A stretch of 58,754 nucleotides of DNA. Origin: Nitrospinota bacterium. GTDB taxonomy: Bacteria; Nitrospinota; Nitrospinia; Nitrospinales; JACRGP01. The DNA lies in assembly GCA_016217765.1 (NCBI GenBank), contig JACRGP010000032.1, forward strand, positions 1-58,754, written 5' to 3'. Positions 57,424-58,754 of the stretch are shown here, one piece after another. A program made the translations under genes and the position numbers. Each line of letters begins with the position of its first letter. Within the stretch, counting starts at the first letter, position 1. The notes under the pieces are model-generated. The model was not told where the DNA came from and searched no databases. It was given only the letters and a program-made list of their open reading frames with translations.

Positions 57424-57522
57424 TCAAATCCATCCTTTCCCTTGCAACGGACCGAAAACCGCGTATAGAATAAACGTATTCCCGATCGCGTGGCGGGACG
57501 GCCCCGCGCTCCGAGATAACGC

Positions 57523-57759
57523 ATGGAACAAGAATTCAAATTTTCCCTGGACGAGGAAACCCGCAAACGCCTGCACGAACTGTGCGGCGGCGACGAGAAA
57601 GCCATGCGCGAATTCGCCGCCAGGGCCGTGGAAAAACAAATTTCCGAGAACGAAAAAGAGAAAAAGGACAACCCCGCCGACCTTCAAGGCCTGGAAGATT
57701 ATTTGAAATCGGGAAACCCCGGAAGCCGGGCCTATGGCATCAAAGGCCAGGGCTGGTGA
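57523..57759 (+). CDS. small hypothetical protein, possibly RHH-like at the N-terminus
   Basis: 78 aa. KFSLDEETRKRLHELC resembles a ribbon-helix-helix strand plus helix. It has a K/E-rich middle and the C-terminus GSRAYGIKGQGW. Confidence 0.45.
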   Translation: MEQEFKFSLDEETRKRLHELCGGDEKAMREFAARAVEKQISENEKEKKDNPADLQGLEDYLKSGNPGSRAYGIKGQGW

Positions 57760-57786
57760 TTTCAACTTCAAGCGCGAAACCCTCCA

Positions 57787-58754
57787 ATGACGCAGAAGCA
57801 TAATTTCCTCATCGGCAAGGAATGGCGCGAGCGCGGACAAACCATTCCGGTGGTCAATCCCTACACCCAGGAAGCGATCGCGGAAGTCTGTCTCGCGGGG
57901 AGGGACGAAATCCTGCAAGCCATATCCCTGGCGGAGCGGGCGTTCGACAAGACCCGCAACCTGCCCGCCTACCTGCGAAGCAGGATCTGCGGCCAGATCG
58001 CGCAAGGGATTCGAAGCCGGCGCGAAGAGTTCTCCCGGACGATCGCCCTGGAATCGGGTAAACCCCTGGTTTTCGCCCGCGCGGAAACGGACCGCGCCGC
58101 CGCGACGTTCGAAATCGCGGCGGAGGAGGCCAAGCGCATCGGCGGCGAGGTCCTGGACCTGGACGTCGCCGAACACGCGCGGGGGAAAATAGGGATCGCC
58201 CGCCGGTTCCCCATCGGCCCCGCGGCGGGGATCTCGCCGTTCAACTTTCCGCTCAACCTGGTGGCGCACAAAGTGGCGCCCGCCCTGGCCTGCGGCAACC
58301 CCATCGTGCTGAAACCGTCCTCCGCGGCGCCGCTCACCGCCCTCCTCCTGGGGAAAGTTCTCATGGAAACCGAGGCCGTCGAAGGCAGTCTCAGCGTGCT
58401 TCCCTGTAAAAGCGCGGACGCCGCTCCCCTGGTGGAGGACCCGCGCCTGAAAATAGTGACGTTCACCGGCAGCGCCCCCGTCGGCTGGGACATCAAACGG
58501 CGTGCCGGAAAGAAAAAAGCGGTCCTGGAACTGGGGGGAAACGCCGCCGTAATCGTGGAAAGCGACGCCGACCTGGAACTGGCGGCAAAAAAGATCTGCG
58601 CCGGGGCGTTCGCCTTTTCGGGCCAGGTCTGCATCTCCGTCCAGCGCGCCTTCGTCCACGAGTCCCGGTTCGACCGGTTCATGGACCTGCTCCGCCAGGA
58701 AATCGGAAAATTAAAAATCGGCGACCCGCTCGACGAAACCGTCACCTTCGGCCC
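57787..58754 (+). CDS. aldehyde dehydrogenase family protein, 3'-partial (absent from the ORF track because it runs off the window)
   Basis: My own translation from ATG 57787 is MTQKHNFLIGKEWRERGQTIPVVNPYTQE... It includes FNFPLNLVAHKVAPALACGNPIVLKPS, ELGGNA and FAFSGQVCIS (catalytic Cys). The frame stays open to the last base. Confidence 0.88.
   Translation, partial: MTQKHNFLIGKEWRERGQTIPVVNPYTQEAIAEVCLAGRDEILQAISLAERAFDKTRNLPAYLRSRICGQIAQGIRSRREEFSRTIALESGKPLVFARAETDRAAATFEIAAEEAKRIGGEVLDLDVAEHARGKIGIARRFPIGPAAGISPFNFPLNLVAHKVAPALACGNPIVLKPSSAAPLTALLLGKVLMETEAVEGSLSVLPCKSADAAPLVEDPRLKIVTFTGSAPVGWDIKRRAGKKKAVLELGGNAAVIVESDADLELAAKKICAGAFAFSGQVCISVQRAFVHESRFDRFMDLLRQEIGKLKIGDPLDETVTFG

Overview
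This is a 58.7-kb chromosomal window from a GC-rich (about 60% by spot counts) Gram-negative, flagellated bacterium. I cannot assign the lineage from this window alone. Most of it is conserved core genome. It holds hisC (5'-partial), mltG, a complete minus-strand F1Fo ATP synthase operon (atpZ-B-E-F-H-A-G-D-C), holB-ricT-metG-tatD, fliD-fliS behind a near-consensus sigma-28 promoter, and sucCD. It also holds a four-subunit 2-oxoacid:ferredoxin oxidoreductase, ndk, PTPS/folE, phoH-ybeY-HIT, mutS, an epimerase, a DUF4390 gene plus an NtrY-like kinase, and a 3'-partial aldehyde dehydrogenase that the ORF track misses. Non-core content is confined to a few places. (1) Nearly every long intergenic gap is filled with short structured repeats. 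I distinguish at least six families (A-F) that occur in mosaics. They generate many spurious ORFs, sit inside the atp operon, and adjoin two truncated toxin genes (RelE-like, HicA-like). (2) An AT-rich islet carries a HEPN-like gene interrupted by an in-frame TAG, next to an intact mazEF pair. (3) A moderately AT-rich islet carries a frameshifted GH24 lysozyme overlapping an LprI/DUF1311-type putative immunity gene. (4) A DUF4175 giant membrane coiled-coil protein is translationally coupled to a TPR/gluzincin peptidase and followed by a MoxR ATPase, with no DUF58 or VWA partner in the window. (5) A minus-strand operon encodes a heme-oxygenase-like di-metal enzyme, a His/Met-rich secreted protein and an LTXXQ lipoprotein. 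(6) A TatD hydrolase is fused to a radical-SAM domain. I found no CRISPR array, rRNA, tRNA, transposase or integrase. All functional calls rest on motif recognition in the supplied translations, and no database search was run.
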